In this document: in pieces, positions 46,019 through 56,630 of the stretch
Position numbering within the stretch: the first letter of the stretch is position 1
Layout: every line of letters starts with the position of its first letter
NCBI GenBank assembly: GCA_965261395.1
Contig: OZ253462.1
Location: 3,584,001-3,648,000 of the forward strand
Direction: 5' to 3'
Source of the DNA: Candidatus Latescibacterota bacterium
Lineage (GTDB): Bacteria > Latescibacterota > UBA2968 > UBA8231
Length of the DNA: 64,000 nucleotides
The notes under the pieces: model-generated
Database searches by the model: none
What the model saw: the letters and a program-made list of their open reading frames with translations, nothing else
What the model was told of the DNA's origin: nothing
Made by a program: the position numbers and the translations under genes

Positions 46019-47362
46019 TCAACTGAGATACTGCTTGGCCTCTTTGCCCACCAGCTCGCGCAGGTCGGGGTCGTTGATGCAGAAGATGCGGAAAATTTTG
46101 GCTTGGTCTTCGAAGTTGTGTAGCAGCGAATCGCGCAGGCGGGAGACCTCTGGATCGGCAAAGGTCAGGGGATCGGTCTTGTCGGCGGGGAGCGTGCGGC
46201 CGTAGAAGACCCTGAGATCGACTTCGGGGGTCTTGTTGAAGCTGGGAATGTCGATGAGGATCTCGTGGCCTTGGAGCGGGCGGCCAAGCCGCTGGCCGAA
46301 GACTTGGCACAGCTCGATTTCCTTGGCGCGGCGCTTGTAGGGATGGCGGAAGAGAAAGTCGAGGCCGTGCATCAGGGGCTGGGTGCGCTCGCTGGGGTGG
46401 ATGACAGCTCCGACCTTGTAGAGGCGGCGGTGGATCGTGCCCTCGAGGAGCTGGGCGGACGTTTCCAGCCCTAGGCGCTGCTGCTCGTGCTGGAGGCGAG
46501 CGATCAGCCCACTCTCGGTGAGGCGGTGGAAATCGGAGAAGTCGAGTCGGTTGTGCGGATGGAGGAGGATCTCTTGCACGGCGCGCTTGAACATGGCCGA
46601 CGCCGAGCGCACCCCGTGGTGCCAGTACACGTTGCGGTACATTTGGTAGTTGGTAAAGACAAGGGCTTCGACCGCGGAAACGCCCTTACTGGTGATGGCC
46701 AGCCGCTGGCGCTCAGGGTCGAACTTGATGGAGTCGATCAGGCGGTCGCGGTTGACGCTCTCGCCGAAGGGCACGCCGCAAAACATGGAATCGCGCAGGA
46801 GATAGTCGATTTTGTCGGGGTCGAGGGTACTGCTGAGGATATTAGCCAGCAGCAGGTCTTCGGGGGCAACCGCGCGGCCGCTGTTTTCGTAGTCGATGAC
46901 GTTGGCCACGCGCGCTGGATCAATCTGGAACTTATCGGCGATCGTCTGGTAGATTTCGCCGTCTTGGTCCTCAATGATTTGCCTCGCGCCTTCTTCGTGG
47001 CGGATGAAAAAGGGCCTTAGCTCTTCGAGGGTATGCGAGAAGGGGTAATGGCCGATATCGTGGAGCAAGGTGGCGGCGATGAAGACGCGCACGTCCTCGT
47101 CGCTCAGCACGAGGGGCGGGTCCGAGTCGAGGAGACGGGCCAGAAACCGCTTGGCCAAGTGATAGACGCCCAGCGAGTGCTCAAAGCGGGAGTGGCGCGC
47201 CCCTGGGTACACCAGATGCACGTAGCCGAGTTGGGTGATGTTGCGCAGGCGCTGGAAGGCCCGAGTATCGACGAGGGCGAGGACGGGATCGGGGAAGTGA
47301 ATGTAGCCCCAAACCGGGTCGCGAATGACCTTGCCTTCTTCGGCTAAAAGTGGATAATCCAT
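46019..47362 (-). CDS. HD-domain phosphohydrolase (YwfO/SAMHD1-like)
   Basis: IRDPVWG, FQRLR.I.QLG, HSRFEHSLG, LLHDIGHYPFSH, DPDKIDYLLRD, MYRNVYWH. Confidence 0.92.
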   Translation of the reverse strand: MDYPLLAEEGKVIRDPVWGYIHFPDPVLALVDTRAFQRLRNITQLGYVHLVYPGARHSRFEHSLGVYHLAKRFLARLLDSDPPLVLSDEDVRVFIAATLLHDIGHYPFSHTLEELRPFFIRHEEGARQIIEDQDGEIYQTIADKFQIDPARVANVIDYENSGRAVAPEDLLLANILSSTLDPDKIDYLLRDSMFCGVPFGESVNRDRLIDSIKFDPERQRLAITSKGVSAVEALVFTNYQMYRNVYWHHGVRSASAMFKRAVQEILLHPHNRLDFSDFHRLTESGLIARLQHEQQRLGLETSAQLLEGTIHRRLYKVGAVIHPSERTQPLMHGLDFLFRHPYKRRAKEIELCQVFGQRLGRPLQGHEILIDIPSFNKTPEVDLRVFYGRTLPADKTDPLTFADPEVSRLRDSLLHNFEDQAKIFRIFCINDPDLRELVGKEAKQYLS

Positions 47363-47372
47363 AGTGTTGGCC

Positions 47373-47493
47373 AATCTAGGGGAGGCGTGTTACCCTGTCA
47401 AGAAATGCGCACCGAACTCATTATGAAAGCGATACTTAGGGCATTTTATTGCGCGGGTCGTCCATTGACACAAAACCGATTGGCTCCTATCTT
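47373..47493. promoter_or_regulatory. Divergent sigma70 promoters for HD gene and ndk operon
   Basis: Minus TTGACA(47401-47396)-17-TAGATT; plus TTGACA(47465)-17-TATCTT(47488). Confidence 0.65.
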
Positions 47494-47548
47494 TCAAAAT
47501 TTTGTTATAACTATGGGACACACTTGCTGAGGAAATAATATTCTTTTT

Positions 47549-47950
47549 ATGGAACGCACATTGATGATCATCAAGCCCGATGCAGTCGCCAAAAACGCCA
47601 TCGGCCAGATTATTGCCCGCGTCGAAGGCGAGGGGTTCGTCGTGCGCGCGCTGCGCATGGTCGAGCTATCCGTCGAGCGGGCGGGTGCCTTCTACGCCGT
47701 GCATCAGGAGCGGCCCTTCTACGGCGAGTTGGTGGAATTTATGACCTCGGGGTCGGCGGTGCCGATGATGCTAGAGCGCGCCGACGCGGTGGCACATCTG
47801 CGCGGTTTTATCGGTCCGACCAACAGCTTGGAGGCACCTGCCGGCACGATTCGCGGCGACTTTGGCACGGACGTACAATGCAACGCCGTCCACGCCTCGG
47901 ACTCAGCGGCCAACGCCGAGTCTGAGATCGCGTTTTTCTTTGCCGACTGA
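47549..47950 (+). CDS. ndk: Nucleoside diphosphate kinase
   Basis: ERTLMIIKPDAV, GTIRGDFG, NAVHASDS. Confidence 0.96.
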   Translation: MERTLMIIKPDAVAKNAIGQIIARVEGEGFVVRALRMVELSVERAGAFYAVHQERPFYGELVEFMTSGSAVPMMLERADAVAHLRGFIGPTNSLEAPAGTIRGDFGTDVQCNAVHASDSAANAESEIAFFFAD

Positions 47951-47957
47951 ACACGCC

Positions 47958-48497
47958 ATGAGCGCCTTGTTAGTACTCGACGATCTCGCAGAGGGACCCA
48001 ATGCGCTCTCCTTTGAGCTACGTGCAGAGGAACTGGAGCTGAAAGACGAACTTTTTGCCTTTCCCTCCATTGTTGAAGTCCGCCTCGAGGTGCGTCGTGC
48101 CCTCGGCAACTTCAGAATCGACGGGGTCATCACCTGCCGCATCGCCGGCGAGTGCTATCGCTGTCTAGAGGAAGTACAAGAAGGGGTCTCGGCGCGGTTC
48201 CGCTTGCTCTTGCAGCGTCGCCAGGCTACCCCTGAGGAGCTAGCGTCGGCCGAACAAGACGGGTTCATCGAGATCGTCGATCCCGGGACGCGCGAGGTCG
48301 ATTTGCGCGCGTACCTCCGCGAATCCGTTATCTTGGACTTGCCGATGCGAATACCCACCCCGGACGCCGATGGGCGGTGCCCGCACTGCGGTGTTGACGG
48401 AGCCGACGAACCCACTGCCGAAGAGGAAAAAGGAGCCGACCCGCGTTGGGCCGCCCTCGCGCAGATCGAATTTTCGCAACCCAAAGAAGGTTCTTGA
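47958..48497 (+). CDS. YceD/DUF177 family protein
   Basis: CYRCL, CPHCG, DPRWAAL; upstream of rpmF. Confidence 0.9.
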   Translation: MSALLVLDDLAEGPNALSFELRAEELELKDELFAFPSIVEVRLEVRRALGNFRIDGVITCRIAGECYRCLEEVQEGVSARFRLLLQRRQATPEELASAEQDGFIEIVDPGTREVDLRAYLRESVILDLPMRIPTPDADGRCPHCGVDGADEPTAEEEKGADPRWAALAQIEFSQPKEGS

Positions 48498-48509
48498 GAG
48501 GAGTTCCCC

Positions 48510-48692
48510 GTGGCTGCAGTACCTAAAAGAAGAATTTCGCGCACCCGCCGCGACAAGCGGCGCACTCACTGGAAGATCAAGGCGGCGGCAAGGAGTACTT
48601 GCTCCCACTGTGGACAAGCCACCCTGCCCCATCGCGTCTGCCCGAGCTGCGGCTTCTATCGAGGCCGCGAATACGTCGAGCCTGAAGTGTAG
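48510..48692 (+). CDS. rpmF: 50S ribosomal protein L32
   Basis: AVPKRRISRTRRDKRRTH, CSHCG, HRVCPSCG.Y. Confidence 0.96.
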   Translation: MAAVPKRRISRTRRDKRRTHWKIKAAARSTCSHCGQATLPHRVCPSCGFYRGREYVEPEV

Positions 48693-48714
48693 GCTGTTCG
48701 GGGCGGATGATTGC

Positions 48715-49719
48715 GTGGGTGAAGAGGAGAAAAAATTTCGCGCGGCCATTACGGCGACTGCGCACTTCCTGCCCGACAAGGTGGTCACCAACGCCGATAT
48801 GGAGCAGATGGTAAACACCTCGGACGAGTGGATCCGCACGCGCACTGGCATTGCCGAGCGGCGCTTCCTGCCAGCGGACGCGCCGACCTCCACCATGGCC
48901 AACGCCGTGGCCCACGAGCTGTTGGCGCGTCGTGGAATCGCCGCCGCCGACCTCGACCTGATCATCGTCGCGACCATTACGCCAGACATGATCTTTCCGG
49001 CGACGGCCTGCTTGGTGCAACACGCCATCGGTGCCAGCCGGGCCTGGGCCTACGACTTGTCAGCGGCTTGTTCCGGCTTTGTCTTCGCCGTGGCGACGGG
49101 GGCCCAGTTCATCGAAAGCGGTGCCCATCGCCGGGTGATGGTCATCGGTGCCGACAAAATGAGTACGATACTCGACTTCCAAGATCGCTCGACCTGCGTG
49201 TTGTTCGGTGATGGGGCTGGTGGAGTGTTGTTGGAGCGCGGCGAGGACGGGGCCGGCCTGATCGACTTTGAGCTATACTCTGACGGCTCTGACGTCGAAT
49301 GCCTGCACATCAAAGGGGGCGGCAGCCTGTATCCCCCCTCGTACGAGACCGTAGATAGAGGCCTGCACTACATCCGCCAGCAGGGGCGCACGGTCTTCCG
49401 GTTCGCTGTGGAAAAAATGGCCGAAGTGTCGGTCAGCCTACTGGCGCGCAATGGCCTTACGGGCGACGACCTCAAGCTCTTCGTGCCGCACCAAGCCAAC
49501 AAGCGCATCATCGACGCCGCGGCCACACGCATGAAGCTCCCCCCAGAAAAAGTGATGATCAATATCGACCGCTACGCCAACACCACGGCCGCGACTATTC
49601 CCATTGCCTTGGCAGAAGCCGCTGATCAAGGCCGGTTGGAGCGCGGCGACTTGGTGCTAATGACCGGCGTCGGCGGCGGTCTCACCTGGGGCAGCGCCCT
49701 GTTTCGCTGGGGGCACTGA
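48715..49719 (+). CDS. fabH: 3-oxoacyl-ACP synthase III
   Basis: TSDEWIRTRTGI, AACSGF, HQAN, YANT, GGGLTWG. Confidence 0.95.
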   Translation: MGEEEKKFRAAITATAHFLPDKVVTNADMEQMVNTSDEWIRTRTGIAERRFLPADAPTSTMANAVAHELLARRGIAAADLDLIIVATITPDMIFPATACLVQHAIGASRAWAYDLSAACSGFVFAVATGAQFIESGAHRRVMVIGADKMSTILDFQDRSTCVLFGDGAGGVLLERGEDGAGLIDFELYSDGSDVECLHIKGGGSLYPPSYETVDRGLHYIRQQGRTVFRFAVEKMAEVSVSLLARNGLTGDDLKLFVPHQANKRIIDAAATRMKLPPEKVMINIDRYANTTAATIPIALAEAADQGRLERGDLVLMTGVGGGLTWGSALFRWGH

Positions 49720-49720
49720 G

Positions 49721-50650
49721 GTGGGCGGGCGCGCCTTTTTGTTTCCGGGACAGGGTTCGCAGGCGGTGGGCATGGCCCGCGACCTCTACGAGCAGCACGA
49801 GTCGGTGCGTGCGCGCTTTGCCGAGGCCGACGAGGTGCTGGGTTTTTCGCTCAGTACGCTTTGCTTTGAGGGACCGGTCGAGCAACTGGCGCAAACCAAC
49901 GTTACGCAGCCGGCCGTCTTCGTCCACAGCGTCGCCGTTAGCGAATTGCTCGCCGCTGCTGGATTACAGCCTGTGGCCGTAGCTGGACACAGCCTCGGGG
50001 AATACTCAGCGCTGGTGGCGGCCGGAGTGTTCTCCTTTGCGGAGGCCCTGACACTCGTGGGTACGCGTGGCCGGTTGATGAAGGAAGCTGGCCGAGAGTG
50101 GCCAGGGACGATGGGGGCGGTGATCGGTTTGGAAGATGACCACGTCATGGCCCTGTGCCAACAGGTAGCCGATGTGGGGATCGCAGTGGCCGCCAATTTT
50201 AACGCTCCAGGCCAAGTCGTGGTGTCGGGTGAGCCGGCCGCGGTGACACGGGTGGGCGAGTTGGCCACCCAAGCCGGCGCTCGGCGCGTCGTCGAGTTGG
50301 CCGTCAGTGGGGCTTTTCACTCGCCGCTGATGGCGTCGGCGGCCGTGGAGATGGAGTCGCTGTTACAGGCGGTGCCCTTTGCGCGGCCGCGCGTGCCGGT
50401 GTTGACCAATGTCTCGGCTGCGCCCGTAGAAGACCCAGAAAAACTGCGGCTGCACCTAATCCATCAGATCACTGGTCCAGTTCGCTGGAACGCGACGGTG
50501 CACCAGCTAGCGGCCATGGGCATCAACCGCGCTTTTGAGGTAGGGCCGGGGGCCGTGCTACGGGGGCTGGTGCGTCGCACCGCGCCCAAGCTCGCGGTCG
50601 CACTGGCGGGTACCGTTGAAGAAGTCACCGCCGCAAAAGGAGCGGGATAA
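49721..50650 (+). CDS. fabD: Malonyl-CoA-ACP transacylase
   Basis: FPGQGSQ, GHSLGE, SGAFHS. Confidence 0.96.
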   Translation: MGGRAFLFPGQGSQAVGMARDLYEQHESVRARFAEADEVLGFSLSTLCFEGPVEQLAQTNVTQPAVFVHSVAVSELLAAAGLQPVAVAGHSLGEYSALVAAGVFSFAEALTLVGTRGRLMKEAGREWPGTMGAVIGLEDDHVMALCQQVADVGIAVAANFNAPGQVVVSGEPAAVTRVGELATQAGARRVVELAVSGAFHSPLMASAAVEMESLLQAVPFARPRVPVLTNVSAAPVEDPEKLRLHLIHQITGPVRWNATVHQLAAMGINRAFEVGPGAVLRGLVRRTAPKLAVALAGTVEEVTAAKGAG

Positions 50651-50651
50651 T

Positions 50652-51398
50652 ATGGGTCTCTTGGACGGAAAAGTCGCGCTGGTGACGGGTGGGTCGCGGG
50701 GCATTGGCCGGGCCATTGCCCTGCGCTTGGCCGCAGAGGGCGCGGACTTGGCGATCTGTGCCCGCAACGCGGGGGCGGCTGGCGAAGTGGCCGCGGCCAT
50801 TGAGGTACTGGGCCGCCGCTGCCTCGTGCGTCAGGCCGATGTCGCCGACGCTGAGCAGGCGGCCGATCTGGTGGCGGCGACGATCGCGGAATTGGGTCGG
50901 CTAGACGTGCTGGTCAACAACGCCGGCGTCACCCGCGACAATTTGCTGATGCGGATGAAGGAGGAGGATTGGGACGAGGTCTTGGCGATCAATCTCAAGG
51001 GGGCCTTCAATTGCGTCCGGGCCGCGGTGCGTCCCATGCTCAAGGCTCGCGGCGGACGGATCGTCAACATCACTTCGGTCGTGGGATTGCTGGGCAATGC
51101 CGGCCAAGCCAACTACGCTGCGTCCAAAGCTGGGTTGATCGGCCTGACCAAGAGCTTGGCGCGGGAGTTGGCCTCGCGCGGGATCACCGCCAACGCCGTG
51201 GCCCCGGGGCTGGTGCCGGAAACGGGCATGACGGACGGGTTGACGCAACAGCAGCAGGAGCAGATGATTGCCACGGTGCCGCTGGGCCGAGCGGGGACGC
51301 CGGAAGACGTGGCTCACGCCGTGGCGTTCCTAGCATCGGATCAAGCCGCCTATATCACCGGTCAGGTCTTGTCCGTGGACGGCGGTATGGCCATGTGA
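50652..51398 (+). CDS. fabG: 3-oxoacyl-ACP reductase
   Basis: TGGSRGIG, NNAGVTRD, NYAASK. Confidence 0.95.
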   Translation: MGLLDGKVALVTGGSRGIGRAIALRLAAEGADLAICARNAGAAGEVAAAIEVLGRRCLVRQADVADAEQAADLVAATIAELGRLDVLVNNAGVTRDNLLMRMKEEDWDEVLAINLKGAFNCVRAAVRPMLKARGGRIVNITSVVGLLGNAGQANYAASKAGLIGLTKSLARELASRGITANAVAPGLVPETGMTDGLTQQQQEQMIATVPLGRAGTPEDVAHAVAFLASDQAAYITGQVLSVDGGMAM

Positions 51399-51508
51399 TA
51401 GGTGTTAAAAAATTGCCCATCACCTATATTTAGACCCTGATTTTAAGACCGCAGACTTATTCGCCAGAGCGGTAAAACTGTTCACTCCTTTCCCAAGAGG
51501 AACACACC

Positions 51509-51748
51509 ATGGCTTCTATTGAAGAACGCGTGAGAGATCTGGTCGTCGAGCAGCTCGGCGTGAGCCAGGATCAAGTAAATTCCCAAGCATCTTTTATTGA
51601 CGACTTGGGGGCCGACTCGCTCGATACCGTCGAGCTGGTCATGGCCTTTGAGGAGGAATTCGGGATCGACATCCCAGATGAGGACGCCGAGAAGATGGTG
51701 GTCGTAGCCGACGCGATTAAATACCTAGAAGAGAACAGCAAGGCGTGA
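51509..51748 (+). CDS. acpP: Acyl carrier protein
   Basis: [20 protein letters not shown]. Confidence 0.97.
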   Translation: MASIEERVRDLVVEQLGVSQDQVNSQASFIDDLGADSLDTVELVMAFEEEFGIDIPDEDAEKMVVVADAIKYLEENSKA

Positions 51749-53004
51749 GCGGAACTCCAGTGCAGAGGCGCAGAGTCGTCGTCACGGGCTTGGGGGTCTT
51801 AGCGCCCAATGGCAACGACCTGCCGACGTTCTGGGACGCGCTCCTAGCCGGCCGCTCTGGGGTCGGGCCGATCACCAAGTTCGACGCTTCCCAACACCGG
51901 ACTACGATCGCCGCCGAGGTCAAGGGTTTCGACCCGGAGGCGGTCATGGACCGCAAGGATGCGCGCCGCAACGATGCCTTCACGCACTACGCGGTCTGCG
52001 TGGCCAAGGAGGCGTTCGGCCGCGCCCAGCTCGACATGGAAGCGGTGGATCCCGAGCGCGTGGGCGTCATCTGGGGCTCGGGCATCGGCGGGATTCAGAC
52101 CCACGAACAACAGCACACCATCCTGATGGAGAAAGGCCCTAGGCGCATCAGCCCGTTCTACGTGCCGATGATGATTTCCGACATGGCCCCGGGCGTGATC
52201 TCCATGGAACTAGGGGCCAAAGGGCCTAACTACGCCACGGTGTCGGCTTGTTCGTCGGCTGCCCATGCCCTCGGCGAATCGGCGCGCAAGATCCAGTATG
52301 GAGAGGCCGACGTGATGGTGACCGGTGGCTCGGAAGCGGCCGTCACTCCTATTTCCATGGCCGGCTTTTCCTCGGCCAAGGCGCTATCGACGCGCAACGA
52401 CGAGCCCGAGCGGGCCAGTCGGCCCTTTGACGCCGAGCGCGATGGCTTCGTGCTCGGCGAAGGGGCCGGAGCCGTCATCTTGGAGGAGTTGGAGCACGCG
52501 CAAAGGCGCGGAGCCGAGATCTACGGAGAATTCCTCGGGCTGGGTTTTACCGCCGACGCCTATCACCAGACGGCGATGGCACCGGAGGCAGAGGGCGGTG
52601 CGCGGGCCATGCGCATCGCGCTGCAGGACGGGGGCTTGGAACCGGGCGACATCGGGTACGTCAATGCCCACGGCACCTCGACGCCCATGGGCGACCAGCA
52701 GGAGACCGCGGCGCTCAAGGCGGTCTTCGCCGGCCACACCGACAGCATGGCCGTAAGTTCGACCAAGTCGATGACCGGACATCTGTTGGGCGCAGCCGGA
52801 GCCATCGAGAGCATCGCCTGCATCATGGCGCTCAAAAGCGGGGTCCTGCCGCCGACGATCAACTACGAAAACCCCGACCCCGAATGCGACCTCGACTGCG
52901 TGCCCAATAAGGCGCGCCGCATGCGGGTAAACTACGCCCTCAACAGTTCTTTTGGCTTTGGCGGCCACAACGCGGCGCTGGTGTTTGGTCGCTTCACCGG
53001 CTGA
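51745..53004 (+). CDS. fabF: 3-oxoacyl-ACP synthase II
   Basis: [29 protein letters not shown]. Confidence 0.96.
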   Translation: MSGTPVQRRRVVVTGLGVLAPNGNDLPTFWDALLAGRSGVGPITKFDASQHRTTIAAEVKGFDPEAVMDRKDARRNDAFTHYAVCVAKEAFGRAQLDMEAVDPERVGVIWGSGIGGIQTHEQQHTILMEKGPRRISPFYVPMMISDMAPGVISMELGAKGPNYATVSACSSAAHALGESARKIQYGEADVMVTGGSEAAVTPISMAGFSSAKALSTRNDEPERASRPFDAERDGFVLGEGAGAVILEELEHAQRRGAEIYGEFLGLGFTADAYHQTAMAPEAEGGARAMRIALQDGGLEPGDIGYVNAHGTSTPMGDQQETAALKAVFAGHTDSMAVSSTKSMTGHLLGAAGAIESIACIMALKSGVLPPTINYENPDPECDLDCVPNKARRMRVNYALNSSFGFGGHNAALVFGRFTG

Positions 53005-53032
53005 CGCACTCCCCGAGCACGCCCCGAGCACG

Positions 53033-53052
53033 CCTCGTGCAAACGAGGTTTT
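53033..53052 (+). terminator. Intrinsic terminator after fabF
   Basis: CCTCGT-GCAA-ACGAGG-TTTT. Confidence 0.6.
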
Positions 53053-53070
53053 CAATCGGGCATTAGGCAG

Positions 53071-53832
53071 ATGAGCTGGATTTCAACGCTGTGGAATCGC
53101 CGCAAGTCGGCGGGCGACCCAGAAAAGCTGGCCTTGGGTTCGCGGCGCGCCCTCGAAAATTTGTTGGGCCACCACTTTAAGAACAAGGATTTGTTGGTCA
53201 AGGCCCTCAAGCATCGATCGTATGTGTACGCTGAGGAGGGCAGCGACCGCATTGAGTCGAACGAGCGGCTCGAATTTCTCGGCGACGCCGTGCTAGAGGT
53301 GTTGGTCACCGAATACCTCTTCCGTCGCTTTGAGACCAAGGGCGAGGGCGATTTGACCCAGATGAAGTCGCAGTTAGTTAGCCGCACGGTGCTGGCGCGT
53401 CAAGCGGATCGCCTCGGGGTGGGGGCCTTTGTGTTGCTGAGTACGGATGAGCGCGAGGCCAGCGAGGCCAACGGCGGGCAGCAGCCGTCGATTCTCTGCG
53501 ACGCCTTGGAGTCGCTGATTGGGGCGATTTATCTCGACGGTGGCTTGGAGGCCGCCCGCGCCTTTGTCCGGCGCGCGGTGCTGGCAGATTTTCATCAAAT
53601 AGTCCAACAAGACGTGAACTTCAAGAGCAAGCTGCTCGAATACTCGCAGAGCTTGGGCAACGGCCACCCCCGCTACTTGGTTCACGCCGAGGAGGGGCCT
53701 GACCACGACAAAATCTTCAGCGTCCAAGTGTGCATCACCGGCCAGCGCATGGGTTGGGGCCAGGGGCGGAGCAAGAAGGAGGCGCAACAGATGGCGGCCA
53801 AGGACGCCCTCGAAAGTTTGGACGTGCTCTAA
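53071..53832 (+). CDS. rnc: Ribonuclease III
   Basis: NERLEFLGDAVL, DALESLIGAIYLD, dsRBD GRSKKEAQQMAA. Confidence 0.96.
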   Translation: MSWISTLWNRRKSAGDPEKLALGSRRALENLLGHHFKNKDLLVKALKHRSYVYAEEGSDRIESNERLEFLGDAVLEVLVTEYLFRRFETKGEGDLTQMKSQLVSRTVLARQADRLGVGAFVLLSTDEREASEANGGQQPSILCDALESLIGAIYLDGGLEAARAFVRRAVLADFHQIVQQDVNFKSKLLEYSQSLGNGHPRYLVHAEEGPDHDKIFSVQVCITGQRMGWGQGRSKKEAQQMAAKDALESLDVL

Positions 53833-54611
53833 TGGGCCTTGCTTGGCGCGTCGTCGATACGGGTGCGAACTGTGGCGCGTACAACATGGGCGTCGATCAG
53901 GTGCTCGCCGCCGCCGCGGCCCAAGGCCCGGTGCTGCGCTTCTACGGCTGGGACCCACCGGCCGTCTCCTGTGGCTGGAACCAGCAGCCCGAGCGCGAGG
54001 CCAATGTAGAAGCCTGCCGCGCGCTGGGCATTGACTTGGTGCGTCGGCCCACGGGCGGGCGCGCGGTACTGCACTGGGAGGAATTGACCTACAGCGTTGC
54101 CTGCGCCGCGGAGGCATTGGTCGCGGGCGGTGGGATAGAGGCCACGCACCGCCAAATCGGCGCGTGCTTGGCCGAGGGGCTGCGGCTGTTTGGGGCTTCC
54201 GTCGAGCTGGAAAGGGCCGGCCGTTGCATTGGGGTCTCCCGGTCGGGTCCTTGTTTTGGCAGCACGGCGCGCTGGGAGCTCAAGTGCGGGCAGCGCAAGC
54301 TGGTCGGCAGCGCGCAGCGGCGCTACGGACGCCGCTTGCTGCAACACGGGTCAATCTTGCTCGGCCGGGCGCACGAGCGCCTACCGCAACTTATGCGGAT
54401 TGACGAAGGCGCACGGCAAAAATGGACCCGACGGGTACGAGCGCACAGCACGGATTTGCAGTCCTGTATGGGTCGGCCAATCGATCGGGCCGAGTTAGTC
54501 AATTGCTTAGTCGAGGGCTTTAGGCACCAACTCGGCGCAACGATGCACTGGAGCGCGCTGGCCGCCGACGAAGTGCGCCGGGCTGCGGCCTGGGAAAGGG
54601 ACAGCGCATGA
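53832..54611 (+). CDS. Lipoate-protein ligase A / LipM-like octanoyltransferase
   Basis: [35 protein letters not shown]. Confidence 0.88.
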   Translation: MGLAWRVVDTGANCGAYNMGVDQVLAAAAAQGPVLRFYGWDPPAVSCGWNQQPEREANVEACRALGIDLVRRPTGGRAVLHWEELTYSVACAAEALVAGGGIEATHRQIGACLAEGLRLFGASVELERAGRCIGVSRSGPCFGSTARWELKCGQRKLVGSAQRRYGRRLLQHGSILLGRAHERLPQLMRIDEGARQKWTRRVRAHSTDLQSCMGRPIDRAELVNCLVEGFRHQLGATMHWSALAADEVRRAAAWERDSA

Positions 54612-55588
54612 TCGCGCAAGATCCCCTGCTGGAGGTCCGCGACTTGCGGACCTACTTCCACACCGAAGAAGGCGTCGCTCGCGCCGTCGATGGGGTGTCG
54701 TTTGCGGTGGGGCGAGGCCAGACGCTGGGGCTAGTCGGCGAAAGCGGCTGCGGCAAGAGCGTCAGCGCCTTCTCGATCATGCGCTTGGTGCCCGATCCAC
54801 CGGGCCGCATTGAGGCCGGGCAAGTCCTGTTCAAGGGGCGCGATTTGCTGGCGCTGGACGAGGAGGAGATGCGCCGAGTGCGCGGCGACGACATCGCGAT
54901 GATTTTCCAAGAGCCGATGACGAGCCTCAATCCGGTGCTGACCTGCGGGTTCCAGATCGCCGAGGCCGTGGTCTTGCACCAGCAGGTCCCCATGCGGGAA
55001 GCGCGCGTCCGGGCGGTCGAGATGCTGCATCTGGTGGGGATCCCAGCGCCCGAACAGCGGATCGACGAATACCCCCACCAACTGTCAGGTGGGATGCGCC
55101 AGCGGGTGATGATTGCCATGGCGCTGTCGTGCAACCCAGACGTGCTGATTGCCGACGAGCCGACCACAGCTCTCGACGTGACGATCCAAGCGCAGATCCT
55201 CGCGCTGTTGGAGTCGCTGCAAGAATCTCTGCAAATGGCGATTGTGATGATCACCCACGACCTCGGGGTGATCGCCGAGACCGCCGACCAAGTGGCGGTC
55301 ATGTACGCCGGCCAAATAGTCGAACACGCGGCCACGCAAGCGCTCTTTGCCCGCCCGCGGCACCCTTATACGCGCGGATTGCTGCGCTCGATTCCGCGGC
55401 TAGACGACGAGCAGGAGCGCTTGGACATCATCCCGGGCGTGGTGCCCGACGCCCGCGCCTTCCCACAGGGGTGTCGCTTTGCCCCGCGCTGCCCGCTGGC
55501 CGACGCCCACTGTCGGGCGGAAACGCCGCCGCTAGAGGAGATTGAGGCCGGGCACTGGGCGAGTTGTTGGAAAGCGGGGGACGCATGA
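54608..55588 (+). CDS. Oligopeptide/dipeptide ABC ATPase (OppD-like)
   Basis: [17 protein letters not shown]-terminal Cys cluster. Confidence 0.92.
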   Translation: MIAQDPLLEVRDLRTYFHTEEGVARAVDGVSFAVGRGQTLGLVGESGCGKSVSAFSIMRLVPDPPGRIEAGQVLFKGRDLLALDEEEMRRVRGDDIAMIFQEPMTSLNPVLTCGFQIAEAVVLHQQVPMREARVRAVEMLHLVGIPAPEQRIDEYPHQLSGGMRQRVMIAMALSCNPDVLIADEPTTALDVTIQAQILALLESLQESLQMAIVMITHDLGVIAETADQVAVMYAGQIVEHAATQALFARPRHPYTRGLLRSIPRLDDEQERLDIIPGVVPDARAFPQGCRFAPRCPLADAHCRAETPPLEEIEAGHWASCWKAGDA

Positions 55589-56613
55589 GCCAAGCCGCGC
55601 CCTTGGTCGAGGTCAAGGGACTCAAAAAACACTTTCCCGTGCGTCGAGGGTTTTGGAGCCGGGTGCAGGCCCACGTCAAGGCCGTTGACGGGGTTGATCT
55701 GGCAATTGGGCGCGGCGAGACCTTGGGCGTAGTCGGCGAGAGCGGCTGCGGCAAGACCACGCTGGGGAGGCTCATGTTGCGGCTAGTCGAGGCCACGGCC
55801 GGGCAAGTGCTCTTTGGCGGGGTTGACCTGTTGGGATTGGGCAAGGAGGCCATGCGGCGGCAGCGGCGGGACATGCAGATCATCTTCCAAGACCCGTATG
55901 CGTCGCTCAATCCGCGGATGACGGTGGGTGGCATTATCGGCGAGGCCCTGAAGGTCCACGGGCTCGCCGAGCGCGGCGAGTTGGCCGAGCGGGTGGGGGA
56001 ATTGCTGGAGATGGTCGGGTTGCCGGTGGATTGCGCGCGGCGCTACCCGCACGAATTTTCCGGCGGCCAGCGCCAGCGCATTGGCATTGCCCGCGCCTTG
56101 GCGGTGCAGCCGCGGTTTATCATCGCCGACGAGCCCGTGTCCGCGCTGGACGTCTCGGTGCAGGCCCAAATCATCAACTTGTTGCAGGACCTACAGCGCG
56201 ATTTGGGCCTAACCTATATGTTTATCGCCCACGACTTGAGCGTAGTGCGCCACATTTCAGATCGGGTGGCGGTGATGTACTTGGGTCGCATAGTCGAAGT
56301 GGCGGCTCGCGATCAGCTTTACCGCCAGCCGTCTCATCCCTATACGCGCGCGCTGCTGGCGGCCGTGCCCGTACCCGACCCGCGGACTAAGCCCCAGCGC
56401 GTCCTCTTGGAGGGCGACGCGCCCAATCCGGCGGCCGTGCCCTCGGGATGCCCCTTTCACCCGCGCTGCCCAGAGCGCGAAGCGATCTGCACCCGCGTGG
56501 TGCCGCGCCTCGTTGATCTGGGTGGCGGCCACTGCACAGCTTGTCTGCTCCGCTATCCCGCGGAGTTGAAGAACCGGCTGGCTGCTGAGGCTAACGAAAA
56601 AAACGCAAGATAG
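55585..56613 (+). CDS. Oligopeptide/dipeptide ABC ATPase (OppF-like)
   Basis: [24 protein letters not shown]. Confidence 0.92.
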   Translation: MSQAAPLVEVKGLKKHFPVRRGFWSRVQAHVKAVDGVDLAIGRGETLGVVGESGCGKTTLGRLMLRLVEATAGQVLFGGVDLLGLGKEAMRRQRRDMQIIFQDPYASLNPRMTVGGIIGEALKVHGLAERGELAERVGELLEMVGLPVDCARRYPHEFSGGQRQRIGIARALAVQPRFIIADEPVSALDVSVQAQIINLLQDLQRDLGLTYMFIAHDLSVVRHISDRVAVMYLGRIVEVAARDQLYRQPSHPYTRALLAAVPVPDPRTKPQRVLLEGDAPNPAAVPSGCPFHPRCPEREAICTRVVPRLVDLGGGHCTACLLRYPAELKNRLAAEANEKNAR

Positions 56614-56630
56614 TAGGAGAACGATAGCTT

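Noticed and set aside
46019-47362. HD phosphohydrolase as anti-phage dNTPase
   Set aside because: Host-like GC and codons and a housekeeping context divergent from ndk; nucleotide metabolism is the simpler explanation.
48510-48720. plsX absent between rpmF and fabH
   Set aside because: yceD-rpmF-fabH without plsX is a known arrangement (e.g. Bacteroidota); plsX could be elsewhere.
53011-53034. 11-bp tandem CCCCGAGCACG x2 after fabF
   Set aside because: Only two copies next to a terminator; no evidence of function.
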